Source: a virus (taxonomy: Duplodnaviria; Caudoviricetes). From it: a stretch of DNA of 64,000 bases. Made by a program: the position numbers and the translations under genes. The notes beneath the pieces were generated by a model. The model was not told where the DNA came from, made no database searches, and saw nothing but the letters and a program-made list of their open reading frames with translations. The stretch spans positions 1 to 64,000 of IMG/VR virus record IMGVR_UViG_3300002026_000008. The stretch is one strand, 5' to 3'. The stretch's first letter is position 1. Every line of letters begins with the position of its first letter. This document shows, piece after piece, positions 25,723 through 35,080 of this stretch.

Positions 25723-26535
25723 TTACCATGTAATTGAGATATAACCATTGACGCCAACGCCGCCACTGCCCCATGAAGCGCCATTTCCACCAACTGGACC
25801 GAATGATAAGCCGCCGCCGCCGCCACCGCCTTGACAACCATCACCTGCTCCGGCATTACCCGATCCACCGCCTGCGCCGCCAGCACCATAACCATAACCA
25901 CCATAACCACCATTTCCAATAGGACCATCACCACCAGAACCAGAATTTACTGGACCGCCATTACCACCAATACCGCCGCCAGCACCATTTGCTCCTTTGC
26001 TACCAGCATTATACGGTAATCCTTGCGCACCGCCAGCAGCATATAAAGAACCAGCGGTATTTGTTCCTCCAGCCCTACCACCATTCGCAACAATTACTAA
26101 GCCAGAGGCAGCTATGCTAATTTGTGAATTTGCGCCAGCAGTTGCTGCAGCGCCTCTAGCACCAACTATCACGGAAGCAGTTTGACCTGCAATAACAGGA
26201 TATGAATTCGTTATATATTGACCGCCGCCACCGCCGCCACCTGCGCGGCCACCATCATCTGAACCATATGATGTACCAGCGCCACCTCCTCCGCCTCCGC
26301 CGATCATCATTACATTGATTGATGTCACACCTAGTGGAATAATAAAGCTATATGTTCCTGCTGCCGACCAACTGATATTGCCAGGCACGTACTGTGTCCA
26401 AATAGGTTTCCAAACGCCAGCGACTTTTACCCACCCATTAGAAACCTGATGCCATACACCGGCAACCTTAATTTTAGGACCAGTGGCAGAAGTACTTTCG
26501 TGCCATACACCATTAACTCTAGTAAATATTGGCAT
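25723..26535 (-). CDS. Gly-rich tail-fibre adhesin, second type
   Basis: MPIFT..GVWH; GTYSFIIP.GVTSINVMMIGGGGGGG. Confidence 0.75.
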   Translation of the reverse strand: MPIFTRVNGVWHESTSATGPKIKVAGVWHQVSNGWVKVAGVWKPIWTQYVPGNISWSAAGTYSFIIPLGVTSINVMMIGGGGGGGAGTSYGSDDGGRAGGGGGGGQYITNSYPVIAGQTASVIVGARGAAATAGANSQISIAASGLVIVANGGRAGGTNTAGSLYAAGGAQGLPYNAGSKGANGAGGGIGGNGGPVNSGSGGDGPIGNGGYGGYGYGAGGAGGGSGNAGAGDGCQGGGGGGGLSFGPVGGNGASWGSGGVGVNGYISITW

Positions 26536-26537
26536 AA

Positions 26538-26873
26538 TTAAACGTATTGTAACCAGATATCATCATCAGCGCCGCCACTCGGAACAGCAGTTGAAACAAA
26601 TACTTTTGGTCCGCTGCCAGTAGTCTTTGAGTTTTTACCATAAGAGCCTGCAGCCAATACTGAATTCACAAAAGCCGTTGTTGCTATCTGTGTGTTATTG
26701 CTAGTATTCAGTGGGGTGACAGATGTTGGAGCGCCTGTAAATGAAGGACTTGCTATAGCAGCATATGTACTAGACAAAAGCGCATTAAGTCCGCCAGGCG
26801 TATTGTCTGTAACCAGAGAAGTGGAAATATCAGGTATACTTAATACGTCCTTTGTTGCTTTAGTGAGAGCCAT
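26538..26873 (-). CDS. Mini-fibre/adaptor protein, copy 1
   Basis: MALTKA...ASPSFTGAP...TQIATTAFV...PSGGADDDIWLQY. Confidence 0.65.
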   Translation of the reverse strand: MALTKATKDVLSIPDISTSLVTDNTPGGLNALLSSTYAAIASPSFTGAPTSVTPLNTSNNTQIATTAFVNSVLAAGSYGKNSKTTGSGPKVFVSTAVPSGGADDDIWLQYV

Positions 26874-26904
26874 AAAAACCTCGTAGTGATAATTAACTTA
26901 TTGC

Positions 26905-27372
26905 TTATTTATTGCATCCTGAATTATCGATATTAGATAGTGCAGAATTTAGTGCATTGAGATAGGATTTAATATGTTCTTTCTCATCCATTAGATATGA
27001 ATTCTCTAATTCAATTCTACCAGAATATAAAATCTTTAATGCATATTTGAATCTATTGTACATATCAGTAAACCACCAACCTACTAATGCGTACTGTGAA
27101 ATAAACCAATTATTATTAGTCATCCACATTTTACGAAAATAATCATTAGATGAACCCAATTCAGCAGTTGATGCCGTATAATAGATTGTTACAGTAGTGC
27201 AGTTTAATTCTTTGTCAAATTCAACAGCTAATGATTGGTCGTGCTCTGAACTCTGACAAGCACAGATAGCTCGATAAGTTTTAAAATCAGGCAAGTCTAT
27301 TGTTTGACAAATGTTATATGACACCGCCGTTGTAGACTCTTCACCTTGTAATTCAATTAATTGTTCTGCCAT
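26905..27372 (-). CDS. hypothetical protein (start probably ATG 27372)
   Basis: AAGGA RBS. Confidence 0.65.
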   Translation of the reverse strand: MAEQLIELQGEESTTAVSYNICQTIDLPDFKTYRAICACQSSEHDQSLAVEFDKELNCTTVTIYYTASTAELGSSNDYFRKMWMTNNNWFISQYALVGWWFTDMYNRFKYALKILYSGRIELENSYLMDEKEHIKSYLNALNSALSNIDNSGCNK

Positions 27373-27393
27373 ATAACTTCCTTTTAGAGGACA

Positions 27394-27427
27394 CAACAGG
27401 CCAGCCCTCCTTTTGGCTGGCCTGTTG
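27394..27427. terminator. 13-bp GC-rich hairpin after phoH
   Basis: CAACAGGCCAGCC-8nt-GGCTGGCCTGTTG; poor U-tract. Confidence 0.55.
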
Positions 27428-27438
27428 GCGTATTAAAA

Positions 27439-28239
27439 TTATGCGTTAGCTAGAGTTTCAGTATTTGGTGTTAACAGCATACCAGCTGAAGAGTTCATAT
27501 CATAACGCGACTTACCGTTAATTCGACTCACGGGTGTTATTGTTGATACTGGGCTTTCCAGGTAATCAAGCATAACTGAGATAAGAGGATGTCTAACGAT
27601 ATCAGACTTATGAAATTCAATAACTTGTATTTTTTCATTTACTCCTTTCAAGCGTGAAATTGCCCAATTTAACCCACTTTCATTATGTTTTGGTAAATCC
27701 GACTGCTGTGGATCACCATTGATACAGAAAATGGAACCATAACCTAACCGTGTAAGAAACATATTCATCTGCTCTTTTGTCGTATTTTGTGCTTCATCAA
27801 GTACAACAAATGCATCATTGAGTGTTCGACCGCGCATATATGCTAAAGGTGCTACTTCTATTTTTCCAGAATCAATTAACTTTTTAGTCATTGTTGGGCC
27901 AATATGATCTTCAACTGCATCAAGAATTGGTAACAAATAAGGATTAATTTTTTCTTCAAGCGTTCCTGGTAAGAAACCTAAATGTTCACCGGCTTCAACA
28001 ATAGGTCGTGTGACAACAATGCGTGTCACCTCATTATTCATAAGCTTTTCCAGTGCTACACCCATAACCAAGTATGTCTTACCGGTGCCGGCAGGACCAT
28101 TACAGAATGTGATTGGGTAATTTCGAAGAGATTCTAGATAAAGCTCTTGGGCTACGTTACGAGCTTTAATTTGATGACGAAGCTTAAATGCTTTCGCTTC
28201 TTCTTGTTTAACTGGCTGTGGATACTTTTGTCTCGACAT
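27439..28239 (-). CDS. phoH: PhoH-family ATPase
   Basis: GPAGTGKT, TRP, LGFLPG, YMRGRT, LDEAQN, GDPQQSD, DIVRH. Confidence 0.95.
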   Translation of the reverse strand: MSRQKYPQPVKQEEAKAFKLRHQIKARNVAQELYLESLRNYPITFCNGPAGTGKTYLVMGVALEKLMNNEVTRIVVTRPIVEAGEHLGFLPGTLEEKINPYLLPILDAVEDHIGPTMTKKLIDSGKIEVAPLAYMRGRTLNDAFVVLDEAQNTTKEQMNMFLTRLGYGSIFCINGDPQQSDLPKHNESGLNWAISRLKGVNEKIQVIEFHKSDIVRHPLISVMLDYLESPVSTITPVSRINGKSRYDMNSSAGMLLTPNTETLANA

Positions 28240-28337
28240 ATATGCACTACTCCTTTTACTATTTTGTTTTTAGGAGGTAAGTAAAACGTTCAAAATCTGT
28301 TTCTTTTTGGGTGTATAGTCAGTAAGTAATCTCCTTT

Positions 28338-28703
28338 TTATTGTGCTTGAAGAACACTGTTCATAAAATTGACAGTGTTTATTGATGTGCCTAAAACACT
28401 CAAAGTATCATAACTATTCATTATCACAATGATTTCGTTAGCAATACCGAGTTGAATTGTTGGTGTAGAGTTTAATAGCTCATCAACTAAACTTGGTGCG
28501 TGAAGCGCTGAATCACGATATTCATCGAGTGATGACCAATTAGATGGATCCTTAGCTAACTGAAGGAAAGTAATAACATTGGCTAATGTTACGGCTTGAG
28601 CCATATTAGTGATTTTACCATGCTTAACAATTTCTTCAATTGTTAATTTCACAAGAGCTGGAACACGGCCTTCGTTTAATGTCTTAATTTCTGAAAGTTT
28701 CAT
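28338..28703 (-). CDS. hypothetical protein with MKLSEI...LNE leader
   Basis: AATAAATA box upstream on - strand. Confidence 0.65.
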   Translation of the reverse strand: MKLSEIKTLNEGRVPALVKLTIEEIVKHGKITNMAQAVTLANVITFLQLAKDPSNWSSLDEYRDSALHAPSLVDELLNSTPTIQLGIANEIIVIMNSYDTLSVLGTSINTVNFMNSVLQAQ

Positions 28704-28792
28704 TTTATGCTCTCTACTAATTTGTTAAAATTATTTATTGTGCCGCCGACGGCGATAAATAGTTTTGTACTCTATTTCAAAAAGGTTAAACC

Positions 28793-28981
28793 ATGGATGA
28801 ACAAGTTCTAGTATCTTCAGATGAGTGGGTAAATTTATCACTCGACAAGCTATTTGATCAACGCAATTTATTATTTGCGCGTTATGAATATCTGATTGTT
28901 TCAAAAAAGGATTACGCCGCCAGAATATTAGAAGGGTTAACTAAATTAGACGACGTAATCGCGCAACGTATTAAGCAATAG
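28793..28981 (+). CDS. hypothetical protein
   Basis: GATAAATA at 28754-28761, AAGG RBS. Confidence 0.6.
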   Translation: MDEQVLVSSDEWVNLSLDKLFDQRNLLFARYEYLIVSKKDYAARILEGLTKLDDVIAQRIKQ

Positions 28982-29642
28982 GAGCAACTGTTTCTTTAGC
29001 TTTGCGCGGTTTTCTAGGCTTACGTTTTAGTACATCTGCAACTTCACTATCATCACGTAAAAATGGATCGCAAATCTTATCACATATTCCATATTTCAAA
29101 CATTCCTCAGGTGTTAGATACATATCAGATGGTCCTACTAATACTTCTCTGATTTGTTTTTCTGACATTTTGGTATGTTTACGGAAATGATTCATAAATT
29201 GCCGTTCAAGTTGATCGTGCATTTTTCTAGCAGCGACCAATTCGTGTTGTTTACCATATGCGCCGCCGCTCCATTGATGTGCTAATACTAACGTATTTGG
29301 CGTCATAATGCGCATACCCTTGGTACCTGCAACGAAAATCATCAGACCCATAGATGAAATTTCACCTAGCGCAACGGTTGAAATAGGATTACCTGATGTT
29401 TCCATCATAGTAGTAATCGCCCAACCATCGGTAACAGAACCACCTGGTGAATTAATAAAAAACGTTAATGGGAAATCTGGTTTGAGCATAATATTTGCTT
29501 TTAGAATAAATTCTACGCAACGCTCTGCTGTTATTTCATCAATTTGAGAAAAGATTGGAAATACACCAAAAGAAGATAAACTAACACTTTCAAATGATGG
29601 ACCAACACTTAGTTCGCCGTCATTGTTTTGATCTTGAGCCAC
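28971..29642 (-). CDS. clpP: ClpP-like serine protease
   Basis: INSPGGS; triad SSMG / HQ / DMYL; YGICD. Confidence 0.9.
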   Translation of the reverse strand: MAQDQNNDGELSVGPSFESVSLSSFGVFPIFSQIDEITAERCVEFILKANIMLKPDFPLTFFINSPGGSVTDGWAITTMMETSGNPISTVALGEISSMGLMIFVAGTKGMRIMTPNTLVLAHQWSGGAYGKQHELVAARKMHDQLERQFMNHFRKHTKMSEKQIREVLVGPSDMYLTPEECLKYGICDKICDPFLRDDSEVADVLKRKPRKPRKAKETVAPIA

Positions 29643-29720
29643 TAGACTTCTCCTTTATCTTTGTTTTAATATGAATATGTGTACAGTGTTATTTATTGTC
29701 TACGGTTGTCATTCATCCCC

Positions 29721-29748
29721 CAAAGCCGACATTTAAATGTCGGCTTTG
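29721..29748. terminator. Perfect 28-bp palindrome, probable terminator
   Basis: CAAAGCCGACATTTAAATGTCGGCTTTG. Confidence 0.6.
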
Positions 29749-29750
29749 TT

Positions 29751-30479
29751 TTAAGTCCAGAGGAAATGTCTACGAGCTATAATCTTTTGCAACATTGTTT
29801 CATCAATCATTTCATATTCTTCTTGAATTTCAAAATATTCTGAATTTGTCAAGAATTTTTCATTAACAATACCTTTACGCCTGTCATCTTGATCATCTAG
29901 TTCATCAAGCATATCAAACAGGTCAACTTTTTTACGGCATTTACGTGGTTTTCTAACTATATTCATTACATATTCGACTCTATTAGGTCTACGATACTTA
30001 TACCATTCATAGATATCGATGAGTTCCATACTCATTTTATATTGACGGTCACTCCGAAATGTATTTTCTGCTGATTCTGGTGACCATCCGCCAGCGATAT
30101 GTGAATCTATTGCTTTTTGTACTGCTTCATTACCTAACCACGTTTCAATATATTCCCTCATTTCTGAAGGTGAATATATTTTTGTTATTCGTTTGTCTTT
30201 TGCGTCCCATGATGGCTGAAATGGCTGTTCTTTTTCAACAAAATCAACAAGAATTTGAAATATTGCATGGAACATAACACTGTCACGATCATGCCAATCT
30301 GGACTAAGTTGTTCAATCTTAATCACGTTGTATGGCTTTAGCCGATTTCTCATCCAAATATAGATATCACGTAGTTTCCTACGTGGCTTCCACATATAGA
30401 AGGAATATGTTAATTCTTGCCAGCTGTCTTCTTTAAACAGTTTACACAGCAGGTGCTTTATTGGATTCTTCTCTGTCAT
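29751..30479 (-). CDS. hypothetical protein
   Basis: 242 aa; WHDRDSVMFHAIFQILVDFVEKE; IIARRHFLWT. Confidence 0.7.
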   Translation of the reverse strand: MTEKNPIKHLLCKLFKEDSWQELTYSFYMWKPRRKLRDIYIWMRNRLKPYNVIKIEQLSPDWHDRDSVMFHAIFQILVDFVEKEQPFQPSWDAKDKRITKIYSPSEMREYIETWLGNEAVQKAIDSHIAGGWSPESAENTFRSDRQYKMSMELIDIYEWYKYRRPNRVEYVMNIVRKPRKCRKKVDLFDMLDELDDQDDRRKGIVNEKFLTNSEYFEIQEEYEMIDETMLQKIIARRHFLWT

Positions 30480-30933
30480 TTTTTATTGCCCCGTTGGCTA
30501 CATCAGTCAAAGCTTGACACATACCAATTGAAATACATTCTTCGCGAGATGGAATTTCAAAGGTAGCAGGAACTGCAGAATCATCTTTTGATAAAATCTG
30601 TTCTTCTAAAACTGTAGCAAATCGCTTAATTGCTACATTCTTTCCCATTTCAGCAAAAACGTCAGCAACATAATCAGGAACACCTTCGAACGTGTAGATA
30701 ACAGAACCGTCAGCAAGATGTTTTTCTTCAACAATACGCATATCACCACAGATACGTCCGGGTGTATAACTTTTGGTTTCTTTCACTGAGATTACGTTAT
30801 GAAGAGACAATGCCTGCTGAAGCGCTTCTTCCTTTGTAAACCGTGTAGCTTCAGCTTCGCTGACCGAGTGGGTCTTGACAATGCCACTATAATACGTACC
30901 ATTAATATACTGTAACAACCATTTCCTTTTCAT
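30442..30933 (-). CDS. hypothetical protein
   Basis: ATGA coupled to ligase. Confidence 0.65.
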   Translation of the reverse strand: MKRKWLLQYINGTYYSGIVKTHSVSEAEATRFTKEEALQQALSLHNVISVKETKSYTPGRICGDMRIVEEKHLADGSVIYTFEGVPDYVADVFAEMGKNVAIKRFATVLEEQILSKDDSAVPATFEIPSREECISIGMCQALTDVANGAIKNDREESNKAPAV

Positions 30934-32042
30934 ATCTGCTCCAATGAATAAAATTCCTTTAAGAAATATTTCTTGAAATGACCAGCGTAATCCGGCTCTT
31001 GACCAGTATAGTGCTTGATCATCAATGCAAACAGTGGATGGTGACGTTGTGAAATTGCAAAATCTTTACGGCACAGATGCTTAAATGCCGATGTTGCAGC
31101 TTCTACAGTTTCACTCAATTCATTCACATGATTTACTACTCGCTGTTCAATTGCATTGATTCTGTCCATATTTGCGCCGATTTCCTTCATTGCTGTTTTC
31201 ATATCATCGATAACTTCATCGATAACCATTTCAGCAATAGCCCGCTCAGAACGGAAGACAACGGTGTGGTGTAAAGCCATATACCACTTTGTTTTCCATT
31301 TTGCCATTTGACCTGACATAAATTGGATTACCCAGCCTTCAACGTGTTCACGTGTTTCCAGCGCGGCTTTCATCAAATCCTTATTAAAGACTGACAATTT
31401 AACAGGATCATATGCCTGAAATTCACAACAAAAGTCAACCACTGGAATATTCAATTCATAATCAAAATCTTTTTCATATTCACCAGTGACATTGTCACGA
31501 ACATTAAGCAGAGTAAGTTTGCGTTCTGCATAGGGCAGAACGATTCGGTGTTGTGGTGATGTGAATTCGTAAATTGTGGTGTATCCAAGTTCACACATCA
31601 TACGCGCATAATCAGCAATTTGACGATTTTCAGGCAGATGAATAAATTCTGTTGCAGCAATTGCAACATCACTTTCAAATGACTTTTTAGATTTGCATAC
31701 TAGCTGACCATCAACGATAACAGGTGTGATCATTGATCCATCACGTTTATCCATTATGCGATAAACATCGTCCCAGGGCATCATATGTTCCTGAGTTTCT
31801 TCACGTTCATTGACATTGAAAAATTTATGGAATGGGCGTGCGAGAATTTTACCATGACGATCAAATGTAATACCACGACATTCGCGTGCGAATTCTTTGT
31901 TTTCGCCATTGAAGGTATTTTCATTTGAAATCATATAACACACAACAGTACAACCATTAGGTTGTACCATTACACGGATTTCAGGTTTGTCTTGAATATG
32001 TGGAAGAAGATCATCGAGACAACTAATACGTGCAAACATCAT
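30930..32042 (-). CDS. rnlA: T4 Rnl1-like RNA ligase
   Basis: RECRGITF, PFHKFFNVNE, KRDGS, YEFTSPQHRIV, EGWV, KWKTKWY. Confidence 0.9.
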   Translation of the reverse strand: MMFARISCLDDLLPHIQDKPEIRVMVQPNGCTVVCYMISNENTFNGENKEFARECRGITFDRHGKILARPFHKFFNVNEREETQEHMMPWDDVYRIMDKRDGSMITPVIVDGQLVCKSKKSFESDVAIAATEFIHLPENRQIADYARMMCELGYTTIYEFTSPQHRIVLPYAERKLTLLNVRDNVTGEYEKDFDYELNIPVVDFCCEFQAYDPVKLSVFNKDLMKAALETREHVEGWVIQFMSGQMAKWKTKWYMALHHTVVFRSERAIAEMVIDEVIDDMKTAMKEIGANMDRINAIEQRVVNHVNELSETVEAATSAFKHLCRKDFAISQRHHPLFALMIKHYTGQEPDYAGHFKKYFLKEFYSLEQI

Positions 32043-32071
32043 ATATTCTCACATTGGTTGATAACAGATTC

Positions 32072-32100
32072 ATTATATCATCAATGCAAGAATAAGTAAA
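32072..32100 (-). promoter_or_regulatory. sigma70-like promoter
   Basis: TTTACT-N17-TATAAT with TG. Confidence 0.78.
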
Positions 32101-32106
32101 CACTTA

Positions 32107-32280
32107 TTAGATAAGATTAAATCCTTTTACTAACATAAAAATGTCAAATATAAACTGAACAGCTAGAAGAGCATAAATCAACCCGAACCGATGATTATGC
32201 GTAGTATGAATATCGTGAATACACGCTAGTTTTTCTTCTACTTGTGTCACATTTACTATATCGTTGCTATAAGATTTCAT
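32107..32280 (-). CDS. 57-aa membrane protein (not in ORF track)
   Basis: GGAG RBS; C-terminal FGLIYALLAVQFIFDIFMLV. Confidence 0.6.
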   Translation of the reverse strand: MKSYSNDIVNVTQVEEKLACIHDIHTTHNHRFGLIYALLAVQFIFDIFMLVKGFNLI

Positions 32281-32291
32281 ATGGTTCTCCG

Positions 32292-32963
32292 TTATTTGGT
32301 GATAATTTTACCTTTGATTAATGTGAATGGTGTTTTATGAGTTGTTATTTCATTCACCGTAATTTGTTTTTCCTGCTGTTTCTTTGCAGGTTTTTGATTC
32401 TTTTCAACTTCTGTAACAAGTGATTTAAAATCTAACTCTATTTTCTTTTGAATAATAGGAGCTTTGATTACTGGTGCAGTAACTTTTACACTTTCATCGA
32501 TTTCTTTCTTAGTTGGTTTAATTTCAGTTTCAGTAAAATCGACAACCTTATCTTTCGGTTCTTCTATCTTAATCGGTTTCACATCAACTATTGGTGCAGG
32601 TTCAACTACTGGCTCCTTGACAACTGCTGGTTCAACAAATGTCTCATCTGAATGTGCTAATTCATCATACACCTGGCAATCGACCGTACCACTATCAGCA
32701 ACTGTTACTTCACGTCGAATCACGGTATGTAATTTACCAGCCAGGATAACATCAATAGTTAGTTGTACCTGACCGACATCGATAACATCTCTAACCGGTG
32801 TAACTAATGCAGACCATTCATTATTACCAATTGATTTTGCAGTAAAGCATAATGCCGGGTCTTTGCCTAATACCACATTGACTACCGATGGAACAGCTGC
32901 TGTTCCATCGGTAGTCAATTTGAATTTCAGTTCAACAGTATCACCTAATGTAAAATTATTCAT
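32292..32963 (-). CDS. hypothetical protein with Ig-like N-terminus and EP/K-rich linker
   Basis: Last gene of structural operon. Confidence 0.65.
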   Translation of the reverse strand: MNNFTLGDTVELKFKLTTDGTAAVPSVVNVVLGKDPALCFTAKSIGNNEWSALVTPVRDVIDVGQVQLTIDVILAGKLHTVIRREVTVADSGTVDCQVYDELAHSDETFVEPAVVKEPVVEPAPIVDVKPIKIEEPKDKVVDFTETEIKPTKKEIDESVKVTAPVIKAPIIQKKIELDFKSLVTEVEKNQKPAKKQQEKQITVNEITTHKTPFTLIKGKIITK

Positions 32964-33306
32964 ATTTTATCTCAAGCATTTGTAAATTTTCAATTGTTAT
33001 AAATGGCGAAACATTGGCCATTGTTATATTTGTTGCATACACAATAGGCTCACCATCGTATGGCAAATTCTCTGCAGAATAATTGTATTCTGCTCCCATC
33101 AATTCTATCTTAATTTCAATAAACAGGTTTTCTGCTACTCTATCATCTACTAATTCATCACGTTCTACATATCGTCGCTGATTAACAATCGATGGAATAG
33201 ACTGCGGTCGTTTTACCGTATCATAAGTTGTGCGAACAGGTGTAATGCTTCTACAACGTAGAGCATTAATCGTAAATGCATTAATTGAACACGCATTTAT
33301 CGGCAT
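32956..33306 (-). CDS. hypothetical structural-cluster protein
   Basis: MPINACSINAFTINA; coupled. Confidence 0.6.
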   Translation of the reverse strand: MPINACSINAFTINALRCRSITPVRTTYDTVKRPQSIPSIVNQRRYVERDELVDDRVAENLFIEIKIELMGAEYNYSAENLPYDGEPIVYATNITMANVSPFITIENLQMLEIKYE

Positions 33307-33941
33307 TACTTACCTTTTCTAACCTCAAAAACTACTTCAAAATCTGGGCATTCATAGAACAAATGAGGATCCAAATTCTTCATAGGATTTTCTTTAATCA
33401 TTCTTTCAAAATTTGCAAAGTCAGTGTAATAATCAGGAGATGCCATCAATGCATTACGCACCAATTCTGAACAGTTCATTGCATTATCATTATACAAATC
33501 TAATAACGTGTCATAAGGTTTACCTAGATTCGTTTTTGCTTTATCAAGTGCTGCCGTCCATTCTTCAATTGTCATCGATTTCGGTTTTAATAATGCAACA
33601 TCACTACACTCACCGAACACATAATCAAATGTTGAGTAGTGTACACCACGTCCAGTAGCTTCAACTAATCTAAAATCCTCGGTTGTAGTTACATCATCAC
33701 CTTCTAGATTCATTAAGGCGTGTGCATAATACCCAAACTTACCTGCAATAAACAAATGTGCAACAGCTTCAGCGTATGTTGATAAATGATTATCATGGCG
33801 TGTTAATATAATGTAGTAATCTGTTACCATCATATCGCTAATAATTTTTTTACTCGCGTCACTGATTATATGTTTAGGTTTCCAATTAATTTTACCGATT
33901 AATGTAACCAACTTATCTAGAATCTTGCTAAAGATATTCAT
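33306..33941 (-). CDS. Permuted papain-like (YiiX/YebB, NlpC/P60) hydrolase
   Basis: His motif YAHALM before Cys motif GKPYD...NCSELV; VEATGRGV. Confidence 0.75.
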   Translation of the reverse strand: MNIFSKILDKLVTLIGKINWKPKHIISDASKKIISDMMVTDYYIILTRHDNHLSTYAEAVAHLFIAGKFGYYAHALMNLEGDDVTTTEDFRLVEATGRGVHYSTFDYVFGECSDVALLKPKSMTIEEWTAALDKAKTNLGKPYDTLLDLYNDNAMNCSELVRNALMASPDYYTDFANFERMIKENPMKNLDPHLFYECPDFEVVFEVRKGK

Positions 33942-33950
33942 TTTAAAATC

Positions 33951-34388
33951 CTATGATGGTGCAGTGTTTGTTAAAATAACGGCTGCGCGACCTGGCGCAA
34001 TAAGACCTATAGATTCAAGAAAATTTACACCGGCTATAACATCAGGTAAATCTAAATTAACAACACCTGATACCTCTAGATCTTTAAAAATTGTTATTAG
34101 CATTGATCTGTACTGCGCAGGAATGGCAGTATTCGAACTAGCATTATCAAGTGAAATTCGTTCATTTAAAGTAAACATCTTTCTGAATTCAAATTTAGTA
34201 AGTTGCATTACCTTTGGTCCAAACGGATTAGCAGCTATCCATTCATCTAGTGTGCGTTGTGCAGGCAAAGGGGTACCGTCTTCCCATACGATATTATCAT
34301 AATTATCCGGATCACCGACGACGTGACATTTCACATTAGGAAATCCTAATCCAATTGCTTCAATATAAGTCAATGCCATTTTATGCAA
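33951..34388 (-). CDS. Tail fibre assembly-like protein
   Basis: LTKFEFRKMFTLNER; position in fibre cluster. Confidence 0.55.
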   Translation of the reverse strand: MHKMALTYIEAIGLGFPNVKCHVVGDPDNYDNIVWEDGTPLPAQRTLDEWIAANPFGPKVMQLTKFEFRKMFTLNERISLDNASSNTAIPAQYRSMLITIFKDLEVSGVVNLDLPDVIAGVNFLESIGLIAPGRAAVILTNTAPS

Positions 34389-35043
34389 ACTCCATTATTG
34401 TATATCCATTATTTGCTAACATTCCATTGAAAATTGCTGTTTTACCGCTATTGATATACCATGTTGCAGAAGAACTAATACCTACTCGTGCAGAATAGGT
34501 TTGTTCAGATAATGTCCCCGGTATATCATCAACCATAATTGTTAATGCCTGTGGTCTAGCAATAGTTGCAATTGATGCAGATTGTACACCGATACATGTT
34601 GCACCTCTGAATATTGCAGTAGATATCACTCTGTTCGAAGTACCAGAATTAGCGCACACCGCAAAGTTTATACATATTTTAGAGGTTATTGTGGTGGGTG
34701 TCACGTTCTGCTGCCATATTTGTGTACCAGCAGTTATTAATGGCGTGGTATTAGCTAATGCTATTAATGTTGTTCCTGATATCGCTGGGATATTACCAGA
34801 TATCGACTGTAGCAACACATTTGGTGCTACAGGACTTAATAAGACCCATGCTACACCAGTGTCCCTGTAAATCAGATTTGTATCAGTTGTCACATATAAT
34901 CTACCAACAGTACCAAATGATGGTCTTGCTGCAAAAGTACCTGAGGAAATACTTGGTGTATTACCGCCATTCAGCATCAATGGTAAACCATTGACATCTG
35001 GAACGATGTTAAAACTTTTAGAACCTAAAACATTGACCGACAT
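34381..35043 (-). CDS. Virion fibre-associated protein
   Basis: ARP..GT.GRLYVTTDT..IYRDTG motif; beta-sandwich C-terminus. Confidence 0.6.
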   Translation of the reverse strand: MSVNVLGSKSFNIVPDVNGLPLMLNGGNTPSISSGTFAARPSFGTVGRLYVTTDTNLIYRDTGVAWVLLSPVAPNVLLQSISGNIPAISGTTLIALANTTPLITAGTQIWQQNVTPTTITSKICINFAVCANSGTSNRVISTAIFRGATCIGVQSASIATIARPQALTIMVDDIPGTLSEQTYSARVGISSSATWYINSGKTAIFNGMLANNGYTIMEFA

Positions 35044-35080
35044 TAGAAATTACTCCTTCAATTGTACTTTACTTTATTTA

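Noticed and set aside
24531-26873. Invertible or DGR-driven adhesin switching
   Set aside because: The cassettes are direct, not inverted; no recombinase or reverse transcriptase and no adenine-specific TR/VR pair were seen.
27394-27427. AGGAG displayed in a hairpin loop (CsrA/RegB-type site)
   Set aside because: It is a single instance at a gene end; a terminator or processing stem is the simpler reading.
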